A stretch of 18,010 nt of DNA from Arcobacteraceae bacterium. GTDB lineage: Bacteria > Campylobacterota > Campylobacteria > Campylobacterales > Arcobacteraceae. Both the position numbers and the translations under genes were made by a program. Location: NCBI GenBank assembly GCA_048268245.1, contig JBLWVX010000043.1:1-18010 (forward strand). Reading direction: 5' to 3'. Shown in pieces: positions 15,650 to 18,010 of the stretch. The notes under the pieces were generated by a model that was not told the DNA's origin, made no database searches, and worked only from the letters and a program-made list of their open reading frames with translations. Each line of letters opens with the position of its first letter. Positions within the stretch are counted from its first letter, which is position 1.

Positions 15650-16027
15650 ATGGTTTATACAGAAACATCAAATAAAAGTGTTCAAGAAGTTGTAAATGAG
15701 ATTCAAGAAAAAATATCTGATTATAAATTTGGAGTATTACATATTCATAATGTTGCTAAAACATTAGAATCAAAAGGCGTAGAGTTTAATGAAGAGTGTC
15801 AAATCTTAGATATTTGTAATCCAAATTTCGCAAAACTTTTTTTAGAAAGTGATATGACTTTATCTACAATTATGCCTTGTAAAATATCAGTATATTCAAA
15901 AGACAATCAAACATATATTTCAATGAACTCTATCGTTCAGCTAATAGATGATATAAATCCTGATTTAGTAAATGAAGCACAAGAAGTACAAAAAATCGTT
16001 TTAGACTTAATTGAAAATACTAAATAA
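15650..16027 (+). CDS. DUF302-family protein
   Basis: FGVL.IH.V..TL..KG, ILDICNP..A, MPCKISVY. Confidence 0.88.
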   Translation: MVYTETSNKSVQEVVNEIQEKISDYKFGVLHIHNVAKTLESKGVEFNEECQILDICNPNFAKLFLESDMTLSTIMPCKISVYSKDNQTYISMNSIVQLIDDINPDLVNEAQEVQKIVLDLIENTK

Positions 16028-16100
16028 ATATAAATTATGATACTTTTTTCATACTCTTTTTAAATAAAATTCCACAAAATTAAAAAAGTATTTAAAGAGT

Positions 16101-16409
16101 ATGATAAAAGTTACAAAAGAAGAACACGTATTAATATTAAAAGCACAAAATTCAAGAGAATTAAATGATATAACTACTTTAAGTAAATTTCCTTTCTCAA
16201 ATGTAAGAAGATGCATCGCTAAAAATAGACATACTCCTTTATATATAATTAATGATTTAGCATATGACCCTGTAGCAAATGTTTCTTATTCTGCTTAAAA
16301 AAACCCTATTTGCACACAAAAAAGAGATTTATCAAGATTTCAAGAGAAATGTGTGATTTGCCCTAAAAATGAAGCCCAATACAGAACAGCCTGTGGATTT
16401 TATAGCTAA
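16101..16409 (+). pseudogene. Small LRV-repeat-like, Cys-rich protein interrupted by an in-frame TAA at 16296-16298
   Basis: VRRCIAKNRHTP...LAYDP.ANVS repeat-like segment. The frame continues 36 codons past the stop (KNPICTQKRDLSRFQEKCVICPKNEAQYRTACGFYS) to TAA at 16407-16409. Confidence 0.72.
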
Positions 16410-16429
16410 ATTTATATATAATGTAGTCT

Positions 16430-16948
16430 ATGTTTGAACTATACTTATTAATAATCCTATTAACTATTGTACTATTAATTGCTTTGCATTCTTTAAAAAT
16501 AGGTATTTCGCCAATGCCTTCTTCTAAAAAAGTAGCTTTAGAGATTTTAGAGCAAAGTAAAAAATCAACTTATGATACAGTCATAGATTTGGGTTCTGGC
16601 TTTGGAAGTTTAGCTATTTTTTTAGCAATAAACTTGCCAGAAAAAAAAGTTATAGCATATGAATTATCCTTCTTTCCATATGTCATTTCAAAAATACTAA
16701 GATTCATTTTTAAAATTAAAAACCTTGAGATTTATAGAAAAGATTTTCTCAAAGAAGATTTAAAAGATGCCCTTTTAATTTGCTATCTTTTTCCTGAAGG
16801 TATGAATAAACTTGAAGATAAACTTTTTGATGAAACAATAAACACAGAAATAATCAGTAGTACTTTTGCATTTAAAAATATAAAATTTAGAAAAAAAATA
16901 GAAGCAAAAGATATTTACAAAACTCCCATTTATTTTTATAGAACTTAA
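16430..16948 (+). CDS. Membrane-anchored class I SAM-dependent methyltransferase
   Basis: N-terminal transmembrane segment, ISPMPS, VIDLGSGFG, AYEL, KDFL, CYLFPEGM, ISSTF. Shares TTAA (16945-16948) with the convergent gene. Confidence 0.85.
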   Translation: MFELYLLIILLTIVLLIALHSLKIGISPMPSSKKVALEILEQSKKSTYDTVIDLGSGFGSLAIFLAINLPEKKVIAYELSFFPYVISKILRFIFKIKNLEIYRKDFLKEDLKDALLICYLFPEGMNKLEDKLFDETINTEIISSTFAFKNIKFRKKIEAKDIYKTPIYFYRT

Positions 16949-17784
16949 TCTTCTTTTTTTAAAGCCTCATAAGCAACTAAAATTTTCTTTCTTTCAATTC
17001 CCCATCTATAACCACTCATAGCACCACTTTTTGCTAAAACCCTATGACAAGGAATTAAATACCCTATATGGTTTGAACCAATTGCACTAGCAACTGCTCT
17101 TACTGCTTTTGGTTTATTTATACTATTTGCTATATCTTGGTAAGTTGCAATTGTTCCATTTGGGATATTAAGTAAAGCTTTCCAAATATTTATTTGAAAA
17201 TTTGTTCCTTTTACATATAAATCAAACTTTTTCTTTTCTACAAAAATATTGTTTAAGAACTCTTGGGCTTTTTCATCGTCTTTTATAAGCTCAGCTTTTT
17301 CCCAAATCTCTTTAAATCTGTTAAAAATAGCTTCTTTGTCATTATCAACAAAACCAAGATAAGAAACTCCTCTTTTTGTAAAAGCAATTAAAGCTTCTCC
17401 AAAAGGAGTAGAACCATAACCATAAGTAATTTTTACATTTTTCCCTGATTCTTTATACTCTTTTGGTGTAACACCTATTATATTTACAAATAAATCATGA
17501 AGTCTACTTGGACTTGAAAGACCCATATCTAAAGCACTATCTAAAATAGATTTTGATTCTTTTAAATGTTCTTTTGCATAATTCAAAGTTACAGATTGCA
17601 AAAATTGAATAGGAGTAACCCCTACATACTCTTTAAAAACTCTAATCAGATGATATTTACTCATTCCAATATATGAAGCAATCGTATCAATAGAGGGTTG
17701 TTCTTTGAAATTTTCATCAATATATTTTATAACTTTTTCAATTTTTTTATAGTTTTCATTCTCTTCTAAAAGTTTGTCTTGCAT
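16945..17784 (-). CDS. AraC-type HTH fused to methylated-DNA-[protein]-cysteine S-methyltransferase (Ada-like, no N-terminal Zn domain)
   Basis: QPS...IA...GMS.YHL.R.FK...GVTP, GTNFQ..IW.AL..IP.G..ATY..IA, AVRAVASA, IPCHRV active site, GYRWG..RK. Confidence 0.93.
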   Translation of the reverse strand: MQDKLLEENENYKKIEKVIKYIDENFKEQPSIDTIASYIGMSKYHLIRVFKEYVGVTPIQFLQSVTLNYAKEHLKESKSILDSALDMGLSSPSRLHDLFVNIIGVTPKEYKESGKNVKITYGYGSTPFGEALIAFTKRGVSYLGFVDNDKEAIFNRFKEIWEKAELIKDDEKAQEFLNNIFVEKKKFDLYVKGTNFQINIWKALLNIPNGTIATYQDIANSINKPKAVRAVASAIGSNHIGYLIPCHRVLAKSGAMSGYRWGIERKKILVAYEALKKED

Positions 17785-17815
17785 AAAATATCCTGATGTT
17801 TCTTTTTATAGGTGT

Positions 17816-17821
17816 ATTATA
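17816..17821 (-). promoter_or_regulatory. Probable -10 box of the Ada-like gene
   Basis: TATAAT on minus, 31 nt upstream of ATG 17784; AGGA SD before the ATG. Confidence 0.5.
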
Positions 17822-17856
17822 TAAAAAAGTTTATTAGTAAAAGCAAATTATAAGTA

Positions 17857-17895
17857 GGTTGGGAAGCAAAAGTGGTTTGGGAAGACCACTTTTGC
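17857..17895 (-). other. Perfect 11-bp hairpin with a CTTCCCAA loop and a second CTTCCCAA copy, downstream of glyA
   Basis: Stem 17866-17876 / 17885-17895. TTGGGAAG on plus at 17877-17884 and 17859-17866. Confidence 0.7.
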
Positions 17896-17933
17896 CATGT
17901 TTTGATTTAAATAAATAGGTCTAAGATTAAATC

Positions 17934-18010
17934 TTAGTAAGTAGACTGATTGTAAATAACAAAGTTATTAGCTAAATCTTTAAGTTCAGCCTTAACACTT
18001 GCTTGTAACT
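17934..18010 (-). CDS. glyA: 3' end of serine hydroxymethyltransferase (partial)
   Basis: Frame 18008-17934 reads LQASVKAELKDLANNFVIYNQSTY*, which resembles the Campylobacterota GlyA C-terminus (LQ..IK.EL..LA.NF.IY) as recalled. Only 24 residues are visible. Confidence 0.78.
   Translation of the reverse strand, partial: LQASVKAELKDLANNFVIYNQSTY

Noticed and set aside
17840..17847. AAAGCAAA resembling an E. coli Ada box
   Set aside because: Lacks the AAT-N6-GCAA arrangement, is low complexity in AT-rich DNA, and the protein lacks the Ada N-terminal domain.
12002..17897. Genomic island integrated at the tRNA cluster
   Set aside because: The 12-nt match GCACCACTTTTT (12002-12013 and 17021-17032) lies in the KSGA codons of the Ada-like gene. 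CCACTTTTGCCA near 17886 only loosely resembles the tRNA-Ser end and is a hairpin arm. No integrase or evident compositional shift.
17921..17937. 8-1-8 inverted repeat CTAAGATT-A-AATCTTAG
   Set aside because: Short, AT-rich and overlaps the glyA stop; no independent support.
1..18010. CRISPR array, IS element, prophage, toxin-antitoxin or defence system
   Set aside because: No repeat-spacer periodicity, terminal inverted repeats, or transposase, integrase or nuclease motifs seen. The methyltransferases lack DNA-methyltransferase motifs (DPPY/NPPY, PCQ).

Overview
AT-rich bacterial chromosomal window. Gene content, tRNA style, TATAAT-only promoters and the GlyA C-terminus fit Campylobacterota, most likely Arcobacteraceae (inference). 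It is a housekeeping/accessory mix with no integrase, transposase, CRISPR array or recognisable defence system. Contents: class I/II aminotransferase, TlpA-type thioredoxin lipoprotein, a compact dsbB-dsbA pair, two SAM methyltransferases, two divergent DUF2721 genes, RraA, two divergently transcribed diguanylate cyclases (heme-c CxxCH sensor; CHASE4 sensor), a Rid2/YoaB-type RidA, a tRNA-Tyr/Leu/Ser operon, two tandem pseudo-receiver-PAS-coiled-coil paralogs, a stand-alone S24 peptidase domain, DUF302, an AraC-HTH/O6-methylguanine methyltransferase and the 3' end of glyA. Best leads: the output-less pseudo-receiver/PAS pair, the heme-c plus Cys-cluster cyclase, a hairpin behind glyA with a doubled CUUCCCAA motif, and a small Cys-rich gene broken by one in-frame TAA. 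No new system can be claimed from the sequence alone.
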